Origin: Yuukianura sp. NJ FZ-2021
Taxonomy: Eukaryota
DNA: 64,000 nucleotides
Direction: 5' to 3'
Assembly (NCBI GenBank): GCA_046563655.1
Contig: CM102286.1
Location: 6,448,001 to 6,512,000, forward strand
In this document: in pieces, positions 40,901 through 54,249 of the stretch
Numbering within the stretch: position 1 is the stretch's first letter
Layout: each line of letters opens with the position of its first letter
Notes under the pieces: model-generated
Database searches by the model: none
Told to the model about the DNA's origin: nothing
What the model saw: the letters and a program-made list of their open reading frames with translations, nothing else
Translations under genes and position numbers: made by a program

Positions 40901-43900
40901 GGTTAATTTAGAAAATAGGGTAATTTTGATGAGCTACCATTTTTCAAAATGAAGTCAAATTACAAAAGTCCTGAAACAGACAGTCAGACCATGAAACTCA
41001 GTCAATCAAACAAAATTAAATTTCCTAATGAACTTGAGAGTATGAGCAGGAGCGGAAAATTTCAAAAGCTGGAATTGATGAATCCTGCTGTGTTTCCGTG
41101 TGTAACAATTTATAAATTGTGTAATAATTAATAATAATTAATTGTAATAATATAAATGTGTAACAATTGGATGAAATTTATTACTTATAATACAGTTCTG
41201 TTGTGTTAAAAATAAAACTTTGTAGTGATTAAAAAAAAATTCCTTGCTTTTCAGTTTAAAAAAAAAAAATTTATAAATTTTCTGATCTTTTCTACTTCCT
41301 TAACAAAGTCAAAATCCCTTGCTTTTTTTTTTAAATTCCAAAAAAGGTAATTCTTTTACTCTTTGAAAAAACCCGCCGAAAACAAGTAGCGTCTATTTAC
41401 CTTACTGTATCCGGAGCATCTCAACGTTCTTAAAAAGTCCTCAAGCCGTTTTCCGTGATCAGCTTTTGAATGGGTCACTAGTTGCATCTTTCGTTTGAAA
41501 CTGATCTCCCGCTTTTGACTTTGAGAGAGACGACTAGTGTCGTTTCCAACCCTCCAGCTAACGCCAAAATCCGCAAGTGAAGGTGTCTCTTTTGACATTC
41601 CTTCACTCTGACCAATCCTAGCGCCAACTTGCATTGCATTTACGTCACGGTCTCCCTCTCCCTCAGTCATCATCGGCGTCATTTTCAGTATCAGTTGAGT
41701 TATGCCTAACTTGAAGTTAGGCTATTGCCGAACTTTCTCTTGATTGAGCAACTGGGACAGCAGCAGACTCCCTCCCGACCGGAAGTGCGTTGACACCCTT
41801 TTCTCTTCCAGACCGGAAATAGAAAGTCCAAACCCACTTCCGACCTCTAACACAATTTTCATTCGGCGGGAATATCTGAATTTCAAATTTTGAACATGGT
41901 CCACACTCCACAGAATCCACAGTCTATTTTCCAAAAGATCAAAGTCCGTTTATACTTCAAGGGGGCGGTGCACTACTCTATCCGTGACCGCTGGAAAGAT
42001 GACTCCTGCGCATGGAATTTCTCCCAAAATTTCAAAATTCAAACCTTCACTTGTCGAATCCGGCTCCACTAAATTTCCTTCTCCCCAATTTTCACTCCAT
42101 TCAGATCGAATAATAAAAATATTTTTTGAAAGTCAAACCCGAATCGTGAGCCGTTTGTTAAAAAATTTGGATCAAAATCAAGCCTCAGACTGTTCAAAAT
42201 TTACACTCTCGTGAACTTTTTGGAATCCTTTTGGCACTGGCTAGGATTACTCCCCTCTCCTAAAAATTTGAGTCCAAGTACTTCTAGCTTTCTAGTGGGG
42301 AGTGAGATTGATATTTCCCAGAGATTCCGTGAAAGATACCGAATCTCCGTCGTCCCACAGACAAAGATCACTGACGGAACTTGATCTGGCCAAAGTGCTT
42401 TAGTTGTGGAGCTCCATCAACGGGGAGGGATATGAGCTTGGCGATGAGGGCAATATGACTATTCCGCCCTAAAACTTCCGAAACCAGCTAAATTTAGATG
42501 TTTCGTCGTCTAGAGCTTAAAAGCTTCGTACGTAGGAAAACGCAGAGGTTTAGGTTGATGGGAATTGGTTAGATACTCCGCTCTATCTCTGTCACTCCCT
42601 AAGTCTCCCATCCGGTGACTTTCCCTTGACTTACAGGAAGGAAGTTAGGCTTAAGTTAGTGTAACTACTTCCAGAAAATTTGGACTAATCAGTCTATCGG
42701 TCTCGCAGTCCCTTAGCGTCGGTGGAACTTGTCACAAGGTTGCGTAGTACTGACATCCTGTGCACTATAAGGGAAAACGTATTGTGAAAAAGTCATAGCA
42801 ATGACACGACAAACGACACAAAAACAGGTTATGGACACGGAATAGGTTGAACAGACTAGGATTTGGATTGAATCCACTTCGAATTAGGATGAAAGTGGAA
42901 TCGATTTCCCAATGGGATAACGAAGAAGCTGTTTTAGATTTCCCTTCCTGTCAATCCCCAACAGAGTTTAATTCAATTACGGCAACTCAATAGCAACCTG
43001 TCCTGTCACAAAATAATAGAGTTTCCACACAAAACTTTTTCTCGAACAGCACAAAACGATAGTAGAACCGATAGAACTAGAATCTAGAAGACCAGAGTCT
43101 TTAGACGACTTTCCTTGAAAATTGAACGTGATCTTCTAGTCAAACTGCTTCCAAAATAAAAACTGAACTCTGTTTTTCCTATAGATTTTTAGACCAAGAA
43201 ACAATTCCGAAACTAAAGGCACGTTCTGCTTTTCAACAAACCAGCGAAATCGATTTGATCCTATCTAGAATAAATCCATTTACGATCAAAACAATTTGTA
43301 CAATCCCAAATAGTATCCAATAGAACAAAAACAAAACTCCAAGAGAAAGTACAAATGGATCAAACAAAAGACTAAATCAATACGTTCAAATCAATTGCAC
43401 GTTTTTTCAACTTTTCCAATTTACGAAATGCACCAAGTTACAAATTTAACAATTTTACGGATTTTTTCAAATTTACAAATTTGCCTAATTGGGGGATTTT
43501 CCAATTTCCAAATTTACGAATTTGTAAAGAGAAGGTTTACGAGCTTCAGGATCATTCACAATGATTTTCAAATTTGGAAATCACTTGAAAAATTCCCTTG
43601 AAAAGCCTTGCCTTGGATTTGGTTTATGATCATGACAGCCTTCAATCAAGAGCAATTATTTGCACAATTTGTAGAAATTTGTAAGACGACGTGAGGACAT
43701 GTACACTAATAAATATTACTTGGAAACATCTTTGTTGTTCAACATAACAAATTATATGATAGAAACGAACAAAATCCTTTGTGTACTGAAATAAATCCTG
43801 ATTAAATTGCAATTCTTTTGAATTATGTTGTACTGGAAAGTGCTTGGATAATCATTACTTTCCATTTTTGGAAATCTGTCAGCAAATTGCCAGCGTTAGA

Positions 43901-45072
43901 TTTATTTTTGTTTAAAATTTTCTTTCAAAACTCATACCCTTGCTTTTTCTGATTCATTATCACCAACTGCTTTTAACACTAAAAGAGCCTGAACTTGAAG
44001 CTTTTCAAGGCACAAAGGATTGGCACTCACGACAAAACATTCAATTCCTTTTGGCAATTTTTTGCCAAAAATCCCGGAAGTTTTTACTATTTGTAGAACC
44101 CAGTTGAATGAGGAAGAAATTTTGGGTTAAGCTTTAAGCAAATTTATGTTGAAAAAACAGCAAATGACAAAATAATCACATTCCCACTGGGTGAGTTCCA
44201 ATTTTCAGGAGAAAAAAAAACAGGGACAAACGTCATAATTTGGCAAATAAGCGTAACAGTTATAGTTAGTGTAACACTAACTTTTTAAATTTTTTGAAAC
44301 CAACGGTGGTTAAAAGTATCAAATATTTTCAAAGTTTTACAAAATATCAGTTTCTTAGCAAGAAATTTTTTTTACGGATTCCATAAAAATGTCAAATGGT
44401 TCCGATTTTTTACAGGAAACTATTATAATGTTTTACTTTTCCAAAAATCCAGTAGCAAAAAATTCTTCAACCCAAACCTCATCTTTTAAAACTCTGTCAA
44501 GAAAACAAACAACTTTGTTTTCCTTTTTAAAAAATTTGGCAAAGTCCTGACACATTATTACCCAACCAAAATAGCTTGAATCCTCCAGGAAAAGCTGTTC
44601 ATCGTGAAATTTTAAAACCAAGCTGCAAAGGAATTACACTCCGCCCACAAACTTCCTCTACATTTCCACTTCAGATGACATATGAAACTCCATATTATTT
44701 TTTTTTCTAAAATTCGTGTAACTAAAAAAGTCGTTTGGATTACCCACACCCTCTCGTGCTTATAATGAGGTCGTGCCTGTTTTTTTGGCAACCATTAGTA
44801 GCACATCCTCCCTTGTACAAAATGTAATTACGACTTTTCAATATCCGTATCCTCTTTGGCCACATCCCGCAGAATACTTATGGAAGTCAGCTCTACCAAA
44901 ATGGAAGTCCCAGCGTCTCCTTTTCCTTAAAGTCAAAGTCATCCTGAGAGTAAACCAAACCCTATGAATTATTTATGCTCTCCCGCCAATAAAAGTCCTG
45001 TTTACTGCTTCATCTTTGCCTCTTCTAACGCTAGGCTATGCCACACTTGAATTTCTTCAAAGTGAATTCTTG

Positions 45073-45145
45073 ATTTCACAGAATCAGACTTGCACCTTAC
45101 CTAACCATTGCAGAATTTCACAGAATCAGACTTTCACCTAACCAT
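45073..45145. repeat. ~40-bp tandem duplication
   Basis: ATTTCACAGAATCAGACTT...CCTAACCAT occurs twice. Confidence 0.8.
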
Positions 45146-45910
45146 AGCCGTTTTCCCGCCAAAAAAAATAGCACTACAAGACAATTTAAGCTCTACTTTC
45201 TCTTCTTACTGCTCAAGTACACTTTCTCTTTTTGTCCAAAGTTGTCAACTGGAAGGACACCAGAAAAAAACAGAAAAACCTTTTTTCTTTTCCTTTTTTT
45301 GAATTTAAGTGTAACGCGGAAAAGCAGATTGATGTTCCCGTTCCCGCACGCTGAGAGTAAAAGTAAGTGATGTTCCTTGCATCATCTCTCCAGAACTCTT
45401 CTCGAAGACAACATCACAGGGAAATTTTTATGGATTTCTATAGCTTTTGGGTGTGGATGATGATGATGATGGAATATCGAATATCTCAGTTTCTACATAA
45501 AATACATTTATGGCCCCACCACTACCACCGTGGGACCAAAAGATTCGTTTCTCCTAAAAAGAAAGTTCTTAGTTCCAGCAGATTTTTGGCTTCCTTTGAA
45601 CACCAGGAACTCCTGCACAAGCCTAACCTAGTTCCCCAATGCATTTATTTTCTACACACTTCCTTAAAACTAGAGATGCCCCGATGAATCGCTCGGGCGA
45701 TGAATCGCTGGTGATTCAGTCATTTTTCCTTATCGGGAGATGCATCTGAATCGCCATTTTTTGGGACAAAAGAATCGCGATGCGGGCGATTCTTAGGCGA
45801 TTCATTAAACTTTAAACGTTTATAGAGAACTCCAACAGTTTTAGGTTTATTTATTACGGAAATAGCAATTTTCGCAAGAATAACTAATTTGTGAGTCCTA
45901 AACTACTTAA

Positions 45911-47365
45911 CTACTCATAGTCGAAGTTCAAAGAACGCAAATTTCGGTTAAGAAACGTCAGCATCTCTCCGTTTTTAGGCAAAAGTCGGCAACGGTGGTC
46001 CTCGTAAATAATTCCCGCAGTTGAAAATAGTCTTTCGCTGTAAATGGAGCTGGAGGGAGCCGAAAGATAGCGCTTAGCAAGCTCAGCTAATCTTGAATAG
46101 GGTGGACAATGCTTTTTCCACCATTCAAACGGCGACATTTTTCTGTCAACCAGAGGACACGACAAGTACATTGAAATTTCACTTTTGATCTGAGCTTCGA
46201 TCTCGATTTCTTCCGTGGGAATCACTTCCTCTTGTTGACTTTCCATTGTGATTTCTTCGTAACAATCCCACAAAGCAGTGTGAATGTCATTCCCAAGATT
46301 TTTTTCAGCTGGCTGAGTCTGTGGTGGCAGTGTACCTGTATTTTCATTGACGTTCCTTTTTTCATGTTCAATTTCCCGCAATTGGTCGAAAATGGCTGCT
46401 TTCAGTTCCTCTTTTTTCTCCGGCTTGATGAAACTTAATTTAAATCTTGGATCCAGGAATGTGGCTTTTGTGTAACGGTCGTTTGAAAAAATTGATGCGA
46501 AACGCTGCTCAATAGCTGCTTTCAGGGATTCCTTCGTCGTGTTTACCCCGAAGTGAAGAGCGTTAGGCTTCTCAAGGTAACGCAGTAACACTGTGATGTT
46601 GGGAATTGACTCTGAGATGATGGATTCACCACTGCTGACTATTTTTGTAATCTCCTCAAATGGTTGAAGTAAAGCCAATACACCCTTAAGAATGTTCCAT
46701 TGATTTTCCGAAAGGCTCGTAAGGTCACTTTCCGCACAGTACAGTGAAATGGCATTTTTCTGTTCCAAGAGCCTTTCAATCATGTAGAATGTTGAGTTCC
46801 AACGGGTGGAGACATCTTGAACCAACTTATGTTCTTCAATTTTTAGATCAGCCTGAATCTCCTTTAACCTTGTACTGGCCAACTGCGAATGATTAAATCT
46901 GGTCACAATGTTTCTTGCTACTGCGAGCATGTCAATTATTGTTCGCTGGCTCTTAATCGAATCTGAAATACAGAGCTGGAGCGTGTGTAGAAAGCAAGGT
47001 TCGTGTGGTAATTCTGCCAGGTTCATCCCAAGTATCATATTTGCTGCATTGTCACGAACAATAATATGAAGTTTTGAGGAGATTTGCCACTGCTCCAAAA
47101 GATTCTGCAACTTTTGACAAATGGCTTCTCCAGTGTGACTTCCAGGCAAATGAGATGTATTTAGGACTAGGTGTTTAAATTCAAATTCCGAAGAAACCCA
47201 GTGGCAAGTCAGACTGATAAAACTTTCATTGCTATGTGATGCTGTCCAGATGTCCGTCGTAGCAGAGACGTAGCGGGAGCAGGAGAGTTCACGCGTGATT
47301 TTGGAAACGCATTTGTTGTAAATAGCAGGTATAATTTTTGTTGTAAAATGGGTCCGGCCAGGAAT
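45911..47365 (-). CDS. hAT transposase exon 4, DDE catalytic core and hATC domain (646 aa spliced total)
   Basis: TTDIWT, VRDNAANM, CFLHTLQL, TRWNSTFYM and SSIYSERLFS motifs; open frame from the acceptor at 47365 to the stop at 45911. Confidence 0.95.
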   Translation of the reverse strand: MPGRTHFTTKIIPAIYNKCVSKITRELSCSRYVSATTDIWTASHSNESFISLTCHWVSSEFEFKHLVLNTSHLPGSHTGEAICQKLQNLLEQWQISSKLHIIVRDNAANMILGMNLAELPHEPCFLHTLQLCISDSIKSQRTIIDMLAVARNIVTRFNHSQLASTRLKEIQADLKIEEHKLVQDVSTRWNSTFYMIERLLEQKNAISLYCAESDLTSLSENQWNILKGVLALLQPFEEITKIVSSGESIISESIPNITVLLRYLEKPNALHFGVNTTKESLKAAIEQRFASIFSNDRYTKATFLDPRFKLSFIKPEKKEELKAAIFDQLREIEHEKRNVNENTGTLPPQTQPAEKNLGNDIHTALWDCYEEITMESQQEEVIPTEEIEIEAQIKSEISMYLSCPLVDRKMSPFEWWKKHCPPYSRLAELAKRYLSAPSSSIYSERLFSTAGIIYEDHRCRLLPKNGEMLTFLNRNLRSLNFDYE

Positions 47366-47457
47366 CTAAATTTAAATTTAAGTTTTCAGCATAACGATCT
47401 TAAGTAAGCACTGGAATCGTTACGCAGGAAAACAACAAATTACTCTTAATTATTTAC

Positions 47458-47635
47458 CACGTAGTGCGGTTCAGCCACAGCCATTAGTCGTTTAAAGCCA
47501 TCATTCTCAACAAAGCTGATAGAACAGTTGTCTAGTGCAATCATCTCTGCGACAGCAGTGTGGAGTTTTGTTGCCTTCGTGTCATCGATGTGCCAAGCCT
47601 TTTGCTTCCTAAACGCTTCTTCTAAAGTTGTTTGT
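47458..47635 (-). CDS. hAT transposase exon 3 (QTTLEEAF...AVAEMIALDNCSISFVENDGFKRLMAVAEPHYV)
   Basis: Hermes-like N-terminal dimerisation/DNA-binding motif; ttttacag| acceptor, phase-0 donor GTG|gtaaat. Confidence 0.9.
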
Positions 47636-47703
47636 CTGTAAAAATATGAAAAATACCGGTTGGATGTTGGACATGGTTAACTTTGCTTGCGAATCGTCAT
47701 TAC

Positions 47704-47941
47704 CTGGATTGAGTCGGGCAAGGCTTTGATTTCTTTAGTGTGCAGTAATCATCAAACTCCTTTGTATGTTTACGCTTAAGATGATTAACCATGTTCGTCG
47801 ACGTTGAGCCTCGTCCTGATCCTCCGCGGGATATGACAGCTGAGCAAAAACAGACTGCCTTTGCTTCGTCATCGGTTTTTTTGTAGTATTTCCAAATTGG
47901 ATTAACATCCTGACGTTTCGTGAGCTTAGTAGCAATATTCC
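47704..47941 (-). CDS. hAT transposase exon 2, BED zinc finger
   Basis: IWKYY...AVCFC...STSTNMVNHLKRKH BED-finger pattern; tttcag| acceptor, AG|gtaatg donor. Confidence 0.9.
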
Positions 47942-48023
47942 CTGAAACCAGCAACGTTTACTTCATTGTTGACTTATAAACTTTATAATTATACTAATGT
48001 ACACATTTAACTTATAATCTCAC

Positions 48024-48093
48024 CGATATTCTCAGTGTGAGAATTAGAATCATCGTCCGCTAGGTCAATCAGGTCACTCACAACCTCTGCCAT
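48024..48093 (-). CDS. hAT transposase exon 1 (MAEVVSDLIDLADDDSNSHTENI)
   Basis: ATG at 48093 and phase-1 donor G|gtgaga that joins in frame to the BED-finger exon. Confidence 0.75.
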
Positions 48094-51000
48094 TGAATTT
48101 AGACGATAATTTAATTTAACTAAAACTTATTTTAACAGAAAAAAGAAATTGAACAAACAAGTTAAAACGGGATTGGAATGTATGTAAAATTCCACGTCCT
48201 ATATCTAGCTATATTGAAGGTCAGTTCAGCATGCGCATACAAATATTGAGATTAGGGAGATGCATCGCGATGCACCGCCGCGATGCATCGCGCAGGCGAT
48301 TCACGGGGGTGCCTGAATCGCTGAATCGCTCATTCCGAAAAATGTCTGAATCGGGGCATCTCTACTTAAAACCCGGCGTGTCTTCATATACGCCTCCTCC
48401 GTTCATCTTTTTCAGTATTCCCTCAGTGGATTCCATTTTTATGTGCCTCACAAGACTTCACAATTTGGAATTCAGCGTAACTCGGGAGTGGTACAAGTTC
48501 TTAAGGCGAAAAAGTAAGATCATAAAACAGCAGCAGAAGGAAACAACATGAGAGCAAAAACCTCTGAAAATGAAGTCTTTCGATATAGACTTTATGTTAG
48601 GCTAGGCTGGGATTTAGGAGTTGTAGAAGAGTACTAAGGTTTGTATTAGGTTAGTATTTCGGTTTTAGCTTTTCCCGGGAGTTCTTTAGGTCAAATCATC
48701 ACTTTGACATGGAGGTCAAAAGGCATGACTTGGCATCCCACTGCGACTCATCACTAATCGAACGAGAGGTTACAGCTTGAGAAAGATGATGACTCTCACT
48801 TTCTATAATCCTTTGGCCCTGATCCTGACCATGAATCAATAGGGCACATTAAGATTGGATTTCTAAGGCTCTAGGCACTCTTCCACCATGTCTTAAACGC
48901 CTTTAAAAGCAAAAGTAGATCGAATCATGAAAGTGAGAAGATTGCCAAAGCGTCATAAATCCTTCATCTCCACTACTACGAAAGCACAAGCCCAACATTA
49001 TACGTCAAATGGACAGACCACCGTCGTTGTGGACTTAAAACAAAAAAGAAATGACTCTACAACAGTACTTCAATTGTCTTCCAACTCTTACTGCAATTTA
49101 GGTTGTTTTTTTAAACACATAACAGAAAAAAAAACAAGTCCAGAGGCCATAAAGTTAAAACAAAGCCACAAAATCCACATAACTGAAATTCCCCGTGCTC
49201 AATTTCAGAAACTCCAAACTAACTTTCTACATAACTAACTAACACGCAAACGCTAACAAGCTTATGAGACAAGTTTCTGCAAATTCAAAATTTCAAGTTC
49301 CTCAATTTTAGAATTTCAAATTTCGCTTTTTAAGTTTTAAAATTCCAAACAGTTAAAAACTACAAAATCCTACGACTTTAAATTAAAACATTTTAGCACC
49401 CCATTGTCAAAAGTTCAAAAAGTGGCACTTTTCTCTTCAAGGTAAAAATTTTTTCTGCAAAGACATTATCATTATAACATTAGCATTACTAAAAACGCAG
49501 CAACGAGTGTACGTGCTAAACGAAAGGCTTTTCCGTGCTAACGAGTTCCCTTTTAACCAATTCCAATTAAACCTAAAACGTTAACTTAACAATGCGTTTT
49601 TTGGCCACAATGAACTATAGGTTGTCTGTCTAGACTTTATATTTCATTTCCAATCTTCATCTCACTACATCATTTGCTCATCACTTTCACTTTCTCTTTA
49701 GTAATTTTCAGATTAATCCCTCAGATTGTGGTAAGAATGGAAAGTGACGTATGAGTCTTATAGCGTCTCCCTAAGGCTTCTAGCCTTTCATCATCCTTCA
49801 CAATTCACAATTGATTGTTTTTCTCTTGTGAAAATGGACGTTCATTGTCTCTCCGTTTTCTCATTTACTAAAATCCACTTCCATCTTACAAGATTCAACC
49901 TAACCTTTGCAAAAAAGTCAATAGAAAAAGTAGATTTCCAAAAAGAGGATTTTCGAAATCCCACATGGGAAAGTGTCGAAGGATGAAGCAGCTAAGGCTT
50001 CTGTGTCCTAGTTTTTCAACTTAAAGATGAAACAAAAGGAGATTTTCGTCTTTAGAATTATTTATAGACCCCTTTCTCCTCTCGGCAGATTAAGTTCTGC
50101 TGCTCTCCAAGTTAAGTAAGATTAAGATTGTACTCTACGTTGACTATATTTCTGAAATAGGGTAGTGAATCTTTAGCTTTTTCTAAAAGTTAGACTAGTA
50201 CGGGTTAGGCTAAGACTAAAAAAGTGGATCTGGTAAAAGTGAGATAGGAAATTAGAAAAGAAACAAAAGAAACCGTGAGTGTCTTCAAAAAAAAACTGCT
50301 AACGTTAAGTCTTACATCGTTTTTTGGCTCTGCCGTGAAAAACAGGAAAGGACAATGAAGAAATATAACTATTTCCCTTGGGACAAAAATTATCCAGACT
50401 CGTTTCGGTTCCAAACTTTCTTGTTCCCAACTTTCAACTCGCTTTTGTCATTTTGAAAATGAAAAAGCTAACTCAAAAAGCGGATTTACGCGGATTTTTC
50501 AGCAGGTTTTCTTGTTTTCCTTTCCTTTGAAACAACGAATTGTAATTATCCTTCACACCCAAGAGTCAACTTTTTCCTTAGCACTTGTTGTCTTTGACAC
50601 CATCCAGAAAATTACATGTCCACTATAATACAAGAACCAAAGATGACACTCTAGCTCTCAGCACGTGGCCTAACATTCTGGATAATTCAAATGGACGTGT
50701 AACTACGATTAGGAAACTGGAAATTTGAAACTCATTCTGAACCTAACGCTAAGTGTTAAAACCAAATTTGAATTTTCCAAGGTACAAAGATTTGTGATTT
50801 GTGAATCGTGTGCAATTTCCTAAACGAATTTAAAAAGTAAGGTATAGTTTAGCACAACCCTCATTATGTGACTTCTTAGAAGGCGGAAAAAACTGAAAAT
50901 TTACCCATGCACGCCAACGAGAAATATTTCACACAGTGTGAAGTCTTTTTCGTCGATTTCTTAAGCTTTAGACTCTCAAGAAGTGTGCAATGCCAGAAAT

Positions 51001-53739
51001 GCCAGGGAAAAAAGACAGATTGTCTTTGAAGATAGTTTTTCTTAAATGTGAGAAAGGCGTCGCCTCTAAGCTAAAGGTCTTAGCTCAAGTAAGAGGTTCA
51101 AGATGCCGGTTGTTCTTATGGGAAAATCGTAACATCTAACAAAAAAACACTTTCCTAGCGGATACTTCTTTCTGCACAATTCACACCATTCAACTCTACT
51201 AAACATTAGAAAAAGTTGTAGAAACTGGCACTACACAAAAAAGTTGAGAAACACATAATTCAATTTTCCAAAAAATGAAACACATTTTTCAATCTTCGAA
51301 AACTGAAACATATCTCAGTCTTCCGAAACTACTAAAACACTTTTCAATCTTTCGAAACTGAAACACATAATTCCATTTTCAACTGAGAAACAAACTTTTC
51401 AAAAACGTGAACTACATTTCAATTTTGAAAATTGAACCTCTCAACTTGTCAGAATTCGACTTTTTGCAAAATTCCACTTTTTGACTACATTTCAATTTCG
51501 TCATTTTCGAAACAAAGCTTCCGCGGAAAGTACTAAAGCAGATCTAATTTTCACAAAATGAAGCCCGGAGGCCAACAGTTGCCAATTTCGACTAAATTTT
51601 TAATTACTCTTCCGCTCAATCCTTGTTGACAACCAAAATTAGTCTCTTCCTTTGTACTCTTAATACAAACCCTTAAGGCTAAGTCTAAGTCCAAACAGCA
51701 TATCCCCTAGTGGACCACTTCCGGAACTTACAATACCGTATAGTTTAGTTAGTTGTGAATTGGCTCGTTTGGCGTTCTCGTTCCCTTTTTCTGCAATAAT
51801 TACAGAGTCAAAATCCTCTTGCATCAAATAGCCCTACGGACAAATAACTCTGTGTATCTTAATTCTCTTTGTTCCATCTGTTACAACAATCCAAAAAACA
51901 CAACAGACAATGCGAGATTCAAAATGTTTCATCTTCCACAAGGCCCTAATGATCAAAATTTACAATCCAAATAACATCAGTTGATTAGCTGTATAGCCCT
52001 TCTCAGGAATCAACTTCATCAACAGATCAGAGAGAGAGAGAGAGCAGAAAAAAGTTAAAGTTGTGCATTCGATTCCCACCGTCGTCATCAATATGTTCAT
52101 TCCGTAATATTTCAAACCACTTTGAACATGAAATGAAGAGCAAAATGGCATTGTTTTTAACTGGACTGCCTTTAAGGTGCATTTTCACATGCATAAAACA
52201 TGCCCCAGAGTCTTTCGGTCTCTCAAGATGGGAGAAGCCAAGATTATGATGAAGATGAACTTCTGAGTTCGCTGAACTTTGAATAACTTGGCGACTAATG
52301 CACTTCAGCCTTCTGCGCCCATATAAGAATAAATTCACTTTCCTTTGCGCAGACGCAGAATCAGCACAATTTCAACTAGAGTTTATCACCTACACATCTC
52401 CAAAAGTTGATCATCGCGCAAAAACTTTGTTGAGCAAATATTATGCCAAAGATCGAAAATGGAGATTGCAAAAAAACATTGCTGGTTATAACAGGAGAGT
52501 GAGAAGACAAACAAGAGGATGCGCATGCGCTGTTTCTATTATATTAGAAAACGACAACAAATGTATTTTTTGTCATAGCCTTAAGGTGGTAATGCGCAGA
52601 GTAAACCGTTCTAGTAGGCAATTCTTCATCAAAAAATGACTGACAAGGAAAAGTTATGATGAATTCTGTCATCATAGGTTGTTCCTAGTACTTGGAGCAG
52701 AAGCAGATCAATCTCTGGCTTGACTTATGTATGTCTTGAAGACCATCAAAAAAATTTTTGCACAGCTCGTTGCAAAAGTAGAACGATTTCTACACATTCG
52801 CACAGACGCCCTAAAAATCAGTAGTCCTATTAACCAACTTCAATCTTCATAAGAACATTGTTATCATGCGCCAAAAAATGAATTAGCACTTTTCAAAAGA
52901 TCAACATCAATGGACGAATCAGCATCAGCAGGAGATCAAAAATTCTGATCCTATAAAACATTTCTAATTCAAAAACGCATTCTGTCCGCTTATATTAACA
53001 CAAATTTACGAAATTGAAAAGTTCAAAGCACCTCAAGACAAGCGAAGGCCCTGCACTAGACTGCTAAGGGCCCTTCAAGGACCCCCTCCTTACCATAAGT
53101 CTATTTACTTATTTGCCCAAATTCTAAATTACTTTCTTTCATCTTTTCCAATTTAAAAGTATAAGATGAATTGGAGAATGAGGAGAAAGTAAGGCGTCTT
53201 TAGAAGCTAAAATAACATATAAATAATTCAAACTTTAGTTTTTATGAAAGTCAAAAACGCTTTTTCAAAGACACTCGTCTTTTCAAAAGGACTACTGATC
53301 AAAATCCAATTTAAGTTGGCCCACAAACAAAACCTTTTTTGAACTTTGGCGCCAATGTTTAGTTAAACATTTTGAGGTGGTTCGTTCATTCATTCGATTA
53401 ATCGAAAACCTAAAGATTTCCTTACTACTTTGAAAGTTTCTCTGCACTAAACTTTTCGAATTTCAAGTAAAAAATCCAATCAAATTTTGTGAACTATACA
53501 TTAGAAATTAAACAAGATTGAAGGAACACCAACATATTCTCTTTTGAAGAACATACCGAGCCAAGCTGAATTAAATAAAGTGTATTAAATGTTCAAGGAG
53601 TGGCACATCTCAGGAAATAAAAAAAAATAAGTTGTCTGACTTGAATAGAAATTTGATATTTAAAATCGAAATTAACATCGTTTTTTGAACTGGAGTTGAA
53701 TTAATTAAATCTCGGAAAGTACAAAAACAATTTCAAAAA

Positions 53740-53864
53740 ATGAACCACAAATTAGACTCGCATTATACGAACGGAAAACTTTCGACAAAAACTTCACAAA
53801 AATGAACAACAAATTAGACTCACATTATACGAACGAAAAACTTTTGACAAAAATTTCAAATGAA
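53740..53864. repeat. 62-bp tandem duplication
   Basis: ATGAAC.ACAAATTAGACTC.CATTATACGAACG at 53740 and 53802. Confidence 0.85.
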
Positions 53865-54249
53865 CACCATACTCAACATGTTACCTACCAAGCTCAAAAA
53901 ATTTCGCCAAATCTCATAATTTTAAACGACATCGACACGGCACCTCTGCGTCGCAAATTATCTCCGAATCGACAACAAATTAGTCACGGTGGTACAAAGC
54001 AAAAAATTTCTAGAATTTCCAAATGAACTTAACTGAAAGCAAATTATACTAAGCGAAAAAATTCCAAAAAATCTCCCAATTTCCAACAGAAAAAAAAATG
54101 AGCACAAATCTCTATATATAAAATCGAGACCCTGTTTATCTGTCTGTGTGTCCTGCTACTCCTCCGAAACTACTGGACCGATTTGGACAAATGAGGTGTC
54201 CTTTTCTTCGTGAGGTCACCCCGAAGACCGTACGCTATGTCGCATGTTG

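Larger units (their letters stand above)
45671..48364 (-). mobile_element. Full-length autonomous hAT-superfamily DNA transposon (2694 bp)
   Basis: Perfect 15-bp TIRs TAGAGATGCCCCGAT, perfect 8-bp TSD CTTAAAAC (45663-45670 and 48365-48372), subterminal GAATCG repeats at both ends, and an internal transposase gene. Confidence 0.97.

Noticed and set aside
41770..41850. Three ETS-like CCGGAA motifs
   Set aside because: Short motifs in a probable decayed repeat, with no linked promoter evidence.
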